From: Prorocentrum cordatum
Taxonomy: Eukaryota
Direction: 5' to 3'
Assembly (NCBI GenBank): GCA_963575745.1
Contig: CAUYUJ010000281.1
Location: forward strand, 310,001 to 374,000
Length of the DNA: 64,000 bases
In this document: positions 1 through 11,972 of the stretch, piece by piece
How the letters are laid out: each line of letters opens with the position of its first letter
Position numbering within the stretch: the first letter of the stretch is position 1
Made by a program: the position numbers and the translations under genes
The notes under the pieces: generated by a model
Database searches by the model: none
Seen by the model: the letters and a program-made list of their open reading frames with translations, nothing else
Told to the model about the DNA's origin: nothing

Positions 1-97
1 ACGAACGACGGGGACGACCACGAGGACGAGCACGAGGACGGGGACACGAGCGACGGCGAACGACAGAGCACAAAGGACAAAGGACAAACGACGACGA

Positions 98-137
<40 letters not shown>

Positions 138-1124
138 CTCAGGGACGGCCGCGCCCGCGGCCGCGGGCGGCAGCAGGGCCAGCGCGGCACACAGGAGGCG
201 GCCGCCCCGCGGGGCCTCGGGCTGCCCGTGGTCGCCGCCGCCCGCGGTCGCCGCCCGCCGCCAGCGTCGATCGCCGACGACGTCGCGCCCGGCCTTCAAC
301 GACGTCGCCGCCGTCGCCGTCGCCGTCGGCGCCGTGGTCGCCGCGGTCGCTGTGGGCGCTGTCCTCGTGGCCGTGGTCGTGGTCGTGGTCGTGGTCATCG
401 GCATGGTGGTCGTGGTCGTGGTCGTGATCGTGGTCGTCCTCGTGGTGGTCGTGGTTGTCGTCTTGGTCGTCGTCATCAGTGGATTGTTGGGCGCTTTTTT
501 AAAGTTCAGGGCCTGCTTGGGCTGCGGCGCGAGCAGGGAGGGCCGCCAGAATGTCACAGGAACGTGCGGAGATAGGCGCGCATGCAACACACATGGGCGT
601 ATGTATTTACATACATGCACTGATCGAAATAGAGAAAAGCAGCGAAGGAGAGAGAAAGAGAGAGAGAAAACAACAAACAAACATGGCCAGACATAAATAC
701 ATACATATATATATATACATACATATATATATATATATGTATATATATGTATAAACATTATGGGGGATGAGATCGAAGTGCCACGGGGCCTCCCATTTTG
801 GATATCGTTTTCGTTTTATGCTCGTGTCGTCCGCGACGTGCGTGCGGGCGAGGCGTAGCTGCGCGAGGGCGAAACAGGTCCATGCCTTGCCCGGGCAGGC
901 TGTCCTGTCCCTCCCCCCCCGGTCGGTCGGCGGTTTCCGCGGTCGTTCCGCGACTATCCCACATGATGCCCGTGGTTATGTCGCGGTTCCTATGGGGTCG
1001 TGCTGTGTTTGCGCCGTGGTTGTGCAGCGGCTGTCCCGTGGTTGTGAAACGGTTGTGTACAAGCCGCCGGCGATCCCCGGAGCACCCCCCCGTGCCCCCA
1101 ATGCCCCCACACCAAATGCCATGC

Positions 1125-2830
1125 AGGCCGCCCCCCCAAAACACCTTGACCTGCTCGTGGCCAACCTCGCCGCGGTGGGCCTCCAGCTAAGCACCGGCCC
1201 AGGGCAAGTGTGAAGTGGCCCCCGCTGGCGGAAAAAGGCCTCCGACGTGTCTCTGGGCGGCATCCCGCCGGGCTTCCGCCTCCGCACCGATCGCAGCTTC
1301 GTGCTGCTCGGCGCGCCAATGGCAGACGCGGACTTCTGCGCGGAGCAGACCAACCAGCGGGGCACGAGCGCCAGCGCGCCGATGGAAGCTTTGAGGGAGC
1401 CGAGGACGCGCAGGTCGCGCTGCACCTCCTACGCCACTGGCGCCACTCCCCGCGCAGGCCAAGCTGATCCGCGCCAGCGTCCCTTTTTGTTCCTGTCCAT
1501 GGACGGCGCTCTCCAGGCCTGCCTTGAGCAACTGAGGTGAACTGTTCCTCGCGCTCCGACGCCTCCTGGCAGAAGGCTCAGCTACAGCTCAACAAAGGAG
1601 GGCTCGGCCTGCGCTCCGCCGCAAAGCGCGCCGCCGCCAACTACATTGCTGCCCGAGCGAAGAGCACCGACCTCTGTGTCCGCATCTCTGTTCTGGCCAT
1701 TCCAACGGCGCTGACCGCGACGGGGGCAGCCTGGCGGCTGTTCCGCACGCCCACACCGCAGTCGTGGGTGACGCTCGACCACGCGTAGCGGCCACCAGAA
1801 AGGTCTGTCCGACGCGGTGGACAGCGCCACGCTCGACGGGCTTCTGGCGGGCGCCACCGTGGCCGGCATGGCTCACCTCTCCCTGGTGCAGGCCCCGGGC
1901 GCTGCCGCGTGGCTCCAGGCGCCGCCCTGCGAGGTCACCGGCACCGCCTTCCCGCACGGCCTTATGCAGGTCGGCCTTCGTTGGTGGCTGCGATTGTGGC
2001 GAGGTGCTGGACGTGTTCTGCGACCACACGTTGGCCTGCGCCTGCCACGGCGACCGGACCGAACGCCACAACGCCCTGCGCAAACAGGCCTTCTTCGACG
2101 CCCTTATCAGCCTGGAACATATCCCTGTCTCTATGCTGGGCATCTCCTCACCACGATGCCAATCCGAGGGATTCCCTGATTTTTTGAGGGCGCATCCCTA
2201 AGATTGTCATCGCCTTTTGGCGTGTCAATCTGAACGATAGGGATAAGTTCGAGGCTGGTAAGCCGTGGCCGCTGGCTGTGCCAGGGCGGAATTAGAGCGC
2301 CTGGGGCTGCTACTACCGCGCCCCGCCTGGGCGACCACTCTCGGGGGCGAGCAGGGCGGGCCCCAGGTGGACGACAACGACCGCCGCCTTGCCGACGTCT
2401 ACCTGATACGGTGGCGCAACGGCACGGCGGCCGCCTGGGACTTTGCCGCCACGTCTGAGGTGGGGCGCCGATGTGCTCCCCGCGTCGCCGCTTCGTCGAA
2501 CACGGCGACGGAACGGCACGAGGAACTCAAAAGGCAGCACCAGGACACCTCGTGGCTTTGCACGGCATGGGGCTTCGCCTTTCTCCCCATGGTGGTGGAA
2601 GCCCACGGCGGCGGGTGAGGCCGCGAGGCACGCAGGGCCTTCGGGATCCTTGCCACGCGGGTGGCGCCGCAGTGGTTGCGGACCAGCACGCCCAGCGACT
2701 TCCCGCTTCCCTGCGAAAGGAGATCGCGCGGGCGGTGTTGCGGCGCCTGCAGGCGCATTCTGGCAGGACGGGGGTGGCAGCGGCCCGCCTGGCCGCCGCC
2801 ACGGCTGCCTCCACGGCGAACGCCGTGTGA
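1125..2830 (+). mobile_element. Decayed, 5'-truncated CRE/SLACS-type non-LTR retrotransposon (RT C-terminus, Zn knuckle, restriction-like endonuclease)
   Basis: Frameshifted pieces lie in the expected order: GLQLS..GKCEV; VLLGAPM; ALHLLR; WQKAQLQLNKGGLGLRSA; GAAAWLQAPP..GLRWWLRL; Zn motif CGEVLDVFCDHTLACACHGDRTERHNALR; REL motif RRLADVYL..AAWDFAATS..K..FLPMVVEAHGG; LRKEIARAVLRR. There are several frameshifts and stops. Confidence 0.88.
2103..2262. mobile_element. 160-bp MITE nested in the CRE element
   Basis: 27-bp imperfect TIRs: CTTATCAGCCTGGAACATATCCCTGTC on the left, with the right end reading CTTACCAGCCTCGAACTTATCCCTATC in reverse complement. CC flanks both sides. Removing 2103-2264 restores the host frame (KQAFFDA-VAAGCARAELE). 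Confidence 0.85.
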
Positions 2831-3164
2831 GGCTTCCCCGGCGCTGCCTTTCGCCTATCGCCCCCCCGCCCATCCCCCCCGCCCTTGCTGGCATGTGCGG
2901 GTGCCCCCCGCGCCCTTCCGCTAACGTCGCGCTGGCGGTTCCTCCCCCGCCACGCGCGCTCGTTTGGCCCTTCCCCGACCGGGGAAGTTGCTGATCCGCA
3001 GAGGGCTCTCCCCACCAAGCCGCAGCCAGTCCACACCGCCCCCCGATGACCACGACGGCCTTTCCCGACGACAGCAAGATACCTCCCCCCCGAAGAAAAC
3101 CGCCCACTACACCGATGCGCCTGCGCCGCCTGGTTGGCGTCGCCTCCGTAGTTTTTTGTTTTTT

Positions 3165-4800
3165 TGTTTTTTATGTTCGGCGATGATGGGCGTCATGGGG
3201 GGGGGGGGGCGGGGGGGGATGACATAACGCCCCCCCCCGCCGTGTGGCTCTGGCACCACAACCGCGCCCGCGCGCACGACGCGACGAGCGACGAGCGACG
3301 ACGTCGACGACGGCGACGACGTGAGCAGCATGTAGGTGGCGATCTGCCCCACTGCGCCTGTGTACACCACAACGCTCGCGTGCACCACAACGCGCGTGTA
3401 CACCGCAGCGCCTGCGTACACCGCAACAGCCGTGTACAACGCACCACCTGTGCACATCACAGTGCTTGGGAACACTTCAGCGCCGGTGTACATGTATACA
3501 CCGCAGCGACCATGTGCAATACAGCGCCTTTGTACACCACAGTGTTTGCGAGCACCGCAACCCTTGTGCACACCACAACGCCTGTTCACACCACAGCATC
3601 CGCGTGCAACGCAGCGCTGGTGTACACCACAGCGCCTGCGTGCATAGGACACGTAGAAGGAACATGTACGTGAGGATCTACTGCGGACAACTCAACGCCA
3701 CGCCAGGGAAATGCTGATAATCGAATGCGATGTTCTTCCCTCTTCCCTCCTCCTCCACATCCTCCTCCTCCTCCTGTTTACCCGCTGTCGTGCGTCTTGG
3801 CGCTAAAGCGCACGTGCGCATCCCAGCGTGCACCGCAGAATGGTCGATTGAATCGGTCCATTTGGTTTTCGGACGGCCAATTTAGCTGGAGCCTCCTGGA
3901 CGCAAATGGGAGAAGTTAGGGTGATGCGGGCGGACATGGGAGGACTCGTACATTCCAGCGGCGCTCCTTTGTCCAGAAAGATTCCTTTTCTATTGTTCTT
4001 TCTGCAATCCGCAAGCGTTCCATTTTGTCACCAAGATGTTTCTCTTATTCTGTACACAACAGTGGCGCTATGTTGCACACGGTTGTTGTGGTGCAAACAG
4101 GCGCCGTGGCGCACAACAGGCACTGCAATGCACGCAGGCATTGTGGTGTACACTGGTGCTGTGTTGCACACGGCTGATGTGGTGTACGCAAACGCTATGG
4201 TGAACATAGGAGCTGTTGTGCCCGCAAGCACACTGGCACAAACTGACGTTGTGTTGCACGCGGCTGCTGTGGTGTGCACAAGCGGTGTGGTGTACACAAG
4301 CGATTTGGTGCACGCGGGCACTGCGGTGTACACCGACGTTGTGGTGCAGATCGCCACCCACATGCTGGTGCTACCCGTCCTCCGTCATTCCTAAGCATTC
4401 TCAGACGCCGCCGACGCGAAACGTGACGTCATCGACCCCCTCCCCCACACCCCCCAAATGACTGCCCTCATCGGCCCGGACTAGCAAACAGGCTCCAGCC
4501 GCGTCCGCGTGCACGACGACGATGAGCGACGAGCGACGAGCCACGAGCGACGACGACGACGATGTCGACGACGACGACGACCACGACAACGACGACGACC
4601 ACGACAACGACGACGACGACAACGACGACGACGACGACGACTGCGGACCGGACACCTAAGCGGATTCCTACGCGGACATCTACGCGGATCCCACTGCGCA
4701 CGGCAGTAATGCCCAGAGCGCACTTGGGGGGGAGCGTTACGTCATAGGGGGGGGGAGCGGAGGCCATGACGCCCGTTATGCCCCAAGCAATGAAGAAACG
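3165..4800. mobile_element. Foldback-like element with long inverted arms containing 18-bp minisatellite arrays
   Basis: The outer arm ~3165-3270 (GGGCGTCATGG..ATGACATAACGCCCC) is the reverse complement of ~4705-4800. The inner arm 3325-3650 (GCAGCATGTAGGTGGCGATCTGC plus GTGTACACCACAACGCTC-like 18-mers) is the reverse complement of 4055-4370. The spacer is ~400 bp. Confidence 0.7.
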
Positions 4801-6634
4801 GGCTCCAGGGCCCGTAGCCGCAGCCTCGTCGCAAGTGGTCCTTCTTTCTCGGCCCACGGCCCGGCCTGTCTTGCTCCCCCTCTTCCTTGCCTCCCTCCCT
4901 TTCCTCCTGTGTCCCTGCCTGCTGTTTCCGTCCCGCCCCTTTCCGCCTGCCCGCCCGCCCAGCCGGCCCCGTCCTCCCGCCCGCGTGTTTGCCGTCGTCG
5001 TCGTCAACCTGCTTCTCCCCTCCACGCCCCCGTCCGCCGGACAGCATAGCCGGCCCGGGACCACCGTCGCGGCGCGTAGGACGCACCGTTTCGTCGACGC
5101 TCTGGGTGGAGCTCCCCGCCCGTGGGACAGGACGCGGCAGAAGCCAGCCATGCGAGGAAAACCTCGACCCACGATCCTCGAGGCCAGGGGACGCCCAAAG
5201 GAACTTGATCGTCTCGAGAAAAACGATCCTCGACCCTCGAGCCCGGGGACCCACCAAGAAGCCAGGCAGGCCCGAAAAGCCTCAACCCTCGATGCTCAAA
5301 GCATCTGGGGACCCCCAGAAACGCCAGCCAGGAAACAGAAGAAACCTCGACCCGCTCCTCGTTCATCGTCATCCTGCTAATTACTCGCCGGCTGTTCCTC
5401 GCTCTTTCTCGCTCCTTCCTCTCTCTTCGCCATCCCCGATCTCTCGCTCCTCGCTCTTCGTCCTAGTTCCTCGTTCATTGGGTGGCCTCGCGGGAGCCTC
5501 CCATGACATCTTGCTGTCATGGCCCTTGCGACTCAACGCGAAGCGACGCTAGAGACGACGCTAATCGGCTCTAACCGCAAGATGCAATTAAGACCCCCCC
5601 TCTCCGGCGAAAGTATAACGCACCCGGCACCCCAGAAGCGCTACCCTGGCGCCTCGCACCTTCGTGTCAACGCAGACGAGTCTGATCGCCGAAACAAGCA
5701 AACCGCCTGAGACATTCTCGCAATATGGTCTCCTTGTGATTCTGAAACAAACGCCTCGCCTGAGCCATTAATCGTATTCCACTCTTATTATTTGTATCAT
5801 TATTCCAATTCCAATTGGGATGCCAACCGAGCCGGGGCGCGGGAATTATAAATGTACGTTCCATCTGCGCGGTGCTAATCATATAGTTCGGCGAGAATCG
5901 CCCCACAGAATTATTCAATTACGGTGCTGTGCTAATGATAACCCTGGGGGGGTCCTAAATGGCTTCTTGCGGTTAGCCGACCCTAAATCGACGCCAATCG
6001 ATGCTACACATGCGCTCCCCATCGACTACCAGGCGCTGGCGCACGCTAGCTCGCTCTAGCAATGGAGCATCGAGGGCAGGGAAAACTCCCATGATTCTCA
6101 ACCAAATCATGGGCCTGTTTTCCACCACCACCACCACCATGAGGTGGAGGGGGGGGGGGATGGAGGTCGAGGATGGCGGAGGCGGAGGAGGATGAGGATG
6201 AGGATGAGGATGAGGAGGAGGAGGAGGAGGAGGAGGAGGAGGAGGAGGAGGAGGAGGACCCCCTCCCCCTCCCAGTTGTGGTGGTGATGGTGGACAACAA
6301 TCCCGCCGCCACACGCTCCAGAAAGCGAGGCCCGCACGTGGACGCTGAGCTCCGGACCGGCGGCCTCTCCCCGGCGCGGCAGCCGCCCGCGAGCGCGGCG
6401 GCGCGGCGCATGATGCGGCCGCCGATGGCGGGCGCGAGGGGGCGCCGCGGAGGGGGTCTCGATCCGGCCGGATGGCTCGGCTGGGAGCTCGGGGGCCTCG
6501 GGTCCCGCCCCCAGAAGCGGATATGATTACGGGGATGGGGGAGGAGGCGGAGGGGGGAGGAGGGGGAGGAGGGGGGAGAGGGGAGAGGGGGAGGAGGAGG
6601 AAGAGGAGGAAGAGGAGGGAAGGGAGGAGGAGGA

Positions 6635-7345
6635 GTACAAACCCAAGACTCATCACCGATGTTGGAAAACATCCTCTCTCCTGGCTCCCTCTTCGTAGAT
6701 AGGCCCCTACATGGATCCATTTCCAGAGGGAAATGCCCCGTTGGGAGACAACCGTTTGAAGATCCGGAAACGTGCCAAAACACCGTTCTGGGGACGTCAA
6801 CGATGACCCGGAATCGTTCCAAAACACGCTTCCCGGGACTTCAACGCAGCAGCTCAAAAGAACTTCTGCACCCTGGCAATCCTTATCCATCTGAAACACC
6901 ATGTCTGGTACGTGAACCATGGAAATCCACGAAACTCTCCAATTTGTTACAACGAATGCGCGCGGCGCTAAAGCGAGAACCACAGTCTTAAAACGAAGCC
7001 GCCTTCAATCCGTGAAAACCCAGATCTTTTTCCGAACCAATTCGCGCGGCACTAAGGCCAGAACCACATCTTGAAAATGGCCCGCCCTCAACCCGTCAAA
7101 CCATTGCACATGTTACAAAAAAGGTTTGCGCGCGGCGCTGAGGCGAGAACCACATTGAAAAACGGCCCGCTCTCAATCCGCGAAGCTCTTGCATGTGCGC
7201 GGCGCTCAATCGACAGCCCAAGTTTGGGAAGCGGCCCGCCGTCCATATGTGATGCTGCTCTCAATGCTGAAGCTTCAGGAGCATGAAAGGGGTCAGGAAG
7301 TCTCAGGCGAAACGCCCTGTCCGCCGTTCCGACGGGCCTCAGGGT
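6635..7345 (+). repeat. Dispersed repeat family D, copy 1 (flanked by (GAG)n tracts)
   Basis: Diverged inverted homology to 53590-54892, for example ACCCAAGACTCATCACCGATGTTGGAA, TGCCCCGTTGGGAGA, GCCTTCAATCCGTGAA and GTCAGGAAGTCTCAGGCGAAACGCCC. Confidence 0.75.
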
Positions 7346-7384
7346 GAGACATGGATCATTCACTGAATCATAAGGAGACGGATT

Positions 7385-7980
7385 GGAGGAAGAAGAGGAG
7401 GAGGAAGAGGAGGAGAAGGGGGAGGAGGAGGAGGAGGAGGAGGAGGAGGAGGAGGAGGAGGAGGAGGAGGAGGAGAAGGAGACGGAGGAGGAGGAGGAGG
7501 AGGAGGAGGAGGAGGAGGAGGAGGAGGGGGAGGAGGAGGAGGAGGACGAGGAGGAGGAGGAGGAGGAGGAGGAGGAGGAGGAGGAGGAGGAGGAGGAGGA
7601 GGAGGAGGAGGAGAGGAGCAGGAGGCGGAGGAGGAGGAGGAGGAAATGGAGGAGCAGGAGGCGGAGGAGGGGAGGAGGAAAAGGAGGAGCAGGAGGAAGA
7701 GGACGAGGAGGACGAGGAGGAGGAGGAGTAGATGGAGGGAAAGGGGAAGGACGAGGAGGATGAGGGGGAGGAGAAGGAAGGAGCAGGAGGAGGAGGAGAC
7801 GATGAGGAAGAGGAGGAGGAGGAGGAGGAGGAGGAGGAGGAGGAGGAGGGGGAGGAGGGGGAAGAGGATGAGGAGGAGGAGGGGGAGGAAGGGAGGCTGC
7901 TATACAGGGAGGGGAGGGGAAGGAGAATGAGGAGCAGGAGGGGGAGCATGAGGAGCGGCAGGAAGAGGAGGTGGAGAGGG
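7385..7980 (+). repeat. (GAG)n polypurine microsatellite (similar GAG/CTC tracts at 6170-6260, 6530-6635, 9490-9620, 20608-20795, 43490-44330, 45850-46170, 47775-47890, 50600-50680, 50985-51070, 54950-55030)
   Basis: Read directly from the sequence. It generates the poly-E/R/G/L/S/P ORFs in the track. Confidence 0.97.
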
Positions 7981-8720
7981 GTCAATGCCCATAATGCCAT
8001 AGAGGGCAAAGTCGAAGGTGGGAAGAGGGACGACGGGGTGGGGCCGCCCATGCGAGAGGACATTTGTCAGGCACACCAGGGGATTCCGTCCCCAGCGGCG
8101 GGCTCCGGACAGGGCAACCCCATCCCCCGATCGGTCGGCCGAGCTCTCCCTCTTCGGCTGAGACACCAAATCCCCGACTTCGCCTGGGCGCGGCCCCGGC
8201 TCTGGCCCACGGTCTCGGCCAGGGTGCGAATCTCGAACTCGAAGGCTCTCAAACAAGCGTGGAGATCGAGAGTGGGGTCGACGACTTGCCGCGAAAAGGG
8301 AAGCAGACGGCTGGGCATACGATCCTCGTCCATGCCAACGCCGAAGTGCAAGGCCAAGCGAGCGCGGGCGGCTTCGGACCGGGACCGGAGCTTTTCGTCC
8401 ACAGCCACCGACAATTCGTCGGAACACCATCTGTCGTGGGGCCGCTTTCTGACGGCATGCGCTTTGCCTCCTTTGGGCCTATTGGGACCTGCACATGGTG
8501 CGAACAGTCCCCGTCACCGAAGACGGGCCGCGAAGTGATAACACGTGGCGCAGACCAGGATGGGCCCAGCTCCTGGAATGCCCGCCTCCAGCACCGAGTG
8601 CCCCTTGAACCCTCCAAGGTCGAGCAACGCCGAGGCCATGTCCGTCGTCTTCGAGAGCTTCACCATCCTCGACCTCCGCCTCCACCGCCTGCCCCCTCGG
8701 AAGCCGACCAGGCCCTGTCT

Positions 8721-8764
<44 letters not shown>

Positions 8765-8830
8765 CGGGTCAGCAGGAAACGGGAGAGGGGGGGAAGGGGA
8801 CGCGGATGGGGCCTCGGAGTTGCGGTAGAC

Positions 8831-8911
8831 CTCAGCGAGGAAATCTGCGGATACACAATCCTCCAACGAACTGACATCCAGAACTCTAATCGCATCCACG
8901 CCTTGGTGATC
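8831..8911 (-). CDS. Candidate internal exon of an unidentified gene (DHQGVDAIRVLDVSSLEDCVSADFLAE)
   Basis: 81 nt, phase 0-0, with TTCCAG|G acceptor and GAG|GT donor. The translation is non-repetitive and protein-like. Confidence 0.4.
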
Positions 8912-9797
8912 CTGGAAGTTCCCATTCACAGCTCCAGGGCGCCGAGCCAGCCCTAGACGCTACCTCGAGGCAGCCCCCAGAAACGCAAGGCACCGTTCAG
9001 ATGCCGCACCGCAGCTGCCCCCCAGCTTGACATAACGATCCGCTGCTTGGTTCCCCTCCGGCGCGAACTGCGAGAGAAACCCTTCCCCGACATGACTCAT
9101 GATGCGGTGGCTCTTCGCGCGTTTGGACTTGCGAGCCGCGAACTATTCTCTCTCGTGCGCGCACGTCGCCACATGCGGTCGCGGGGGTTAGCCGCAGCGA
9201 CAGTTTTGGCTCGGCATGCACAGCTGCCCAGGATCGCATGCAATCCACGAGAACGCTGCAATAACGAACACCGCTCTCAGCCGGGGCCAACGTCGCCTAC
9301 TCTTCGCCGCCCACGCAGATGGCTCCTACACGCGCGCGGAACACGCGCGACCAACCGGTGGAACGCAGCGCCGGGGGACGCATTCAAGCCCGAGCCGCCC
9401 GAGCCGCCCGCGAACGCGAAACCACCGTCGACGGGGAAGAGGATACTCGATCCCAGCCCCGCGCAGCGCCCACTCGTCGCCAGGCTCTGGCGGAGGAGGA
9501 GGCGGAGGAGGAGGAGGATGAGGAGGATGAGGAGGAGGAGGAGGAGGAGGAGGGAGAAGGAGGAGGAGGAAAAGGAGCAGGGAGGAGGGGGAGGAGGAGG
9601 GGGAGGAGGAGGAGGAGGAGGGAAAGATGCCTCTGGCAAGCCGGCCCCCGCAGACAAGGGGCGCCTGCGACGCGCGCGCGGCCGCGCTGGCCAGCTTAGA
9701 AGCCGCGCTTCCCCGTCTCCGAGCCCCGTGGACAGAGAATCGGTAGACACAGCACGTCGCCACCCACGGCGCGCTCGCTTCGCGTGGTCCGCCAGAC

Positions 9798-9986
9798 CTT
9801 CCAAGTGTAACTCCAGCCGCCGCTTCTGATTTTCGGGCTGGGCAGCTGGGTCGGGCCGCTTGCTCTCGTCCACAAGCCAGTCCTTCACCGCCTCGGTGAA
9901 GCCTGGTGTCGGCTTCCCATTGGCATCCATGCCCGTTGCAGCTGCCGCGGAATCTGCCGGTAGCTGCTGCTCTGAGGAATCTGGCC
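9798..9986 (-). CDS. Candidate exon of an unidentified gene (..MDANGKPTPGFTEAVKDWLVDESKRPDPAAQPENQKRRLELHLE)
   Basis: Open, protein-like frame ending at an AAG|GT donor. The 5' boundary is uncertain. An SL-like motif lies just upstream (~10052-10072). Confidence 0.4.
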
Positions 9987-10613
9987 CTTGCTCAGCATAG
10001 ATTGCTAAAGACACACGATCTGGGGGTCCACGCTGGCAGGCATGTATGTAATGAGCCAAAAATGCAAACTACTTACGCATACATGTACAGATGGAGGCGG
10101 GAAGCCGATTTCAGCTCAAAGCGAAATTCTCGCGGACACACCGATGAACTTTCGAATCCTCGCATTCCGCTTCCCTTGTACTTCCTAACAAGAGATGCCA
10201 GGCAGCTCATTTTCAAAGCGGGGTTCCCGCCTGACTGGGAAGGGAAGGGCGAGGGGCGAAAGGGGGTGTTGGAGAGGGTGGGGTGAGCGAACGGGGGGGG
10301 GATAGGGCGGGGAAGGGAGAGGCGGGAGGAAGAGAGAAGGGGGGAGGGAGGGAGTGGGGGGAGGAGGCGGGAGAGGGCAAGAGAGGAGGGGAAGTCAGGC
10401 AGAGGCTCGCCGTGGCCCCCCAGAGGGACGACGAGGAAGAGGAGGAGGTGGAGAAGGAGAAGGAGGAGGACAAGGAGGGGGAGCAAGGGCGTGAAGGAGA
10501 GAGAGAGAGAGAACCAGCAACAAAAACAGTGAGAGATAGAGACAGAGAGAGAGAGAGAGACAGAGAGAAAGCGGGCAGCCGCGGCGAGCGGCGAAGGCGA
10601 CGACGACGGCGAC

Positions 10614-10744
10614 CGACGGCGTCCTCGCCCTCCTCCGGCAGCCCGCTCGGCGTGGCCAGCATCGGGTCCCCGCCGAGCTGCCCGCCGTTCCACGCCCGGG
10701 CCGAGTCGTTGGATATCCTGCGCTCCTTCGAGTGGGCCGACAGC
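10614..10744 (-). CDS. Candidate exon (LSAHSKERRISNDSARAWNGGQLGGDPMLATPSGLPEEGEDAV)
   Basis: CCGCAG|G acceptor. This is a GC3-rich unique island between two microsatellite tracts. The donor is uncertain. Confidence 0.35.
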
Positions 10745-11029
10745 CTGCGGAGTCGTTCTCCCTCCCTCCCTCCCTCCTCCCTCCTCCTCCCTCCTCCTCC
10801 CTCCCTCCTCCCTCCTCCTCCCTCCTCCTCCCTCCCTCCCTCCCTCCCTCCCTCCCTCCTCCGTCCCTCCCTCCTCCCTCCGTCACTGCGAGCGTCGCCC
10901 TCCCTCCCTCCTCCTCTTCGCTCACGTCCCTGCCGCCGTCACCCTTGTCGTCGTCCCCGTGGTAGATTTTTTCGAACAACTAGGCCTGGGCTTCTCCGCG
11001 CGCACTTCCTGGTCATCCTCATGCAACAT

Positions 11030-11168
11030 CACCACCGTTAGCACTATCGCAATCATCATCGCCAGCGGAATCCATGTCATCGGCAGCGTCATCGTCACCG
11101 TCGTCATCCTCATCATCATCACCACCACCAGCATCATCATCGTCACCAACATTTACATCACCATCATC

Positions 11169-11222
<54 letters not shown>

Positions 11223-11284
11223 GTCATCATCATCATCATCATCATCATCAGCATCATCCTCATAATCATCATCATCATCATCAG

Positions 11285-11319
<35 letters not shown>

Positions 11320-11334
11320 GCATCATCATCATCA

Positions 11335-11370
<36 letters not shown>

Positions 11371-11440
11371 TCACCATCACCGTCGTCGTCGTCGTCATCA
11401 CCATCATCGTCGCCGTCGTCGTTGTCAACATCATCAACAA
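11030..11440 (+). repeat. (CAT)n/(CGT)n microsatellite (similar tracts at 11995-12145, 15060-15205, 18175-18555, 45700-45800, 49150-49575)
   Basis: Read directly from the sequence. Confidence 0.95.
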
Positions 11441-11492
11441 TACGATCATTCCACAATCAGTGCTTGCACTGAATGGGTCCTCGCGGATGTTC

Positions 11493-11972
11493 CCCAATCA
11501 GTGATTGCACTGAAGGGGTCCTCGCGGATGGTGAAGATTTTGGCGAAAGTGCCCCGCCGATTTTGGTCGCACGCTGGGTTCCCGAATTACCGGGTTCCCG
11601 GTTCCGGGTTCCCCGGTTCCTGGTTCCGGGTTCTGGGCCGATTTCGGAGGGTGGCGAGGTTCCCGGGTTCCCGGGTTCCCGGTCGATCTTCTTATCGATC
11701 GGTCTCACCATCGATCTCATTAGCGACTTCTCGATCGATCTCACCATCGATCTCACAATCGATCTCACTATCAATATCACAGGCAATCTCACTAGAGATC
11801 GCATGAGCAATCTCGCGATCGATCTCACTATCGATCTCATTGAATCGTTTCACTCTCGGTCTCACGATCGACTTTACAATTGCCCTCACTATCGATTCCA
11901 CTATCGATCTCATTATCGATCTCTCGATCTCAAAATCCATATTATCAATGTTCACATCGTCCACTGATTGGG
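11493..11972. mobile_element. Non-autonomous TIR element (family E) with internal GGTTCCC and 12-bp ATCGATCTCACT arrays, inserted in a (CAT)n tract
   Basis: TIRs CCCAATCAGTG ... CACTGATTGGG. The left end is tandemly duplicated (11451-11490). A second copy lies at ~53777-54178. Confidence 0.75.

Noticed and set aside
1..480. GAC-rich then GTC-rich segments forming an apparent inverted repeat
   Set aside because: Low-complexity triplet tracts. The complementarity is not sequence-specific, and the left side is cut by the window edge.
9191..9213. SL-like CCGCAGCGACAGTTTTGGCTCGG on the plus strand (and a weaker one at ~53636-53654, minus)
   Set aside because: Too degenerate, and not followed by a credible CDS.
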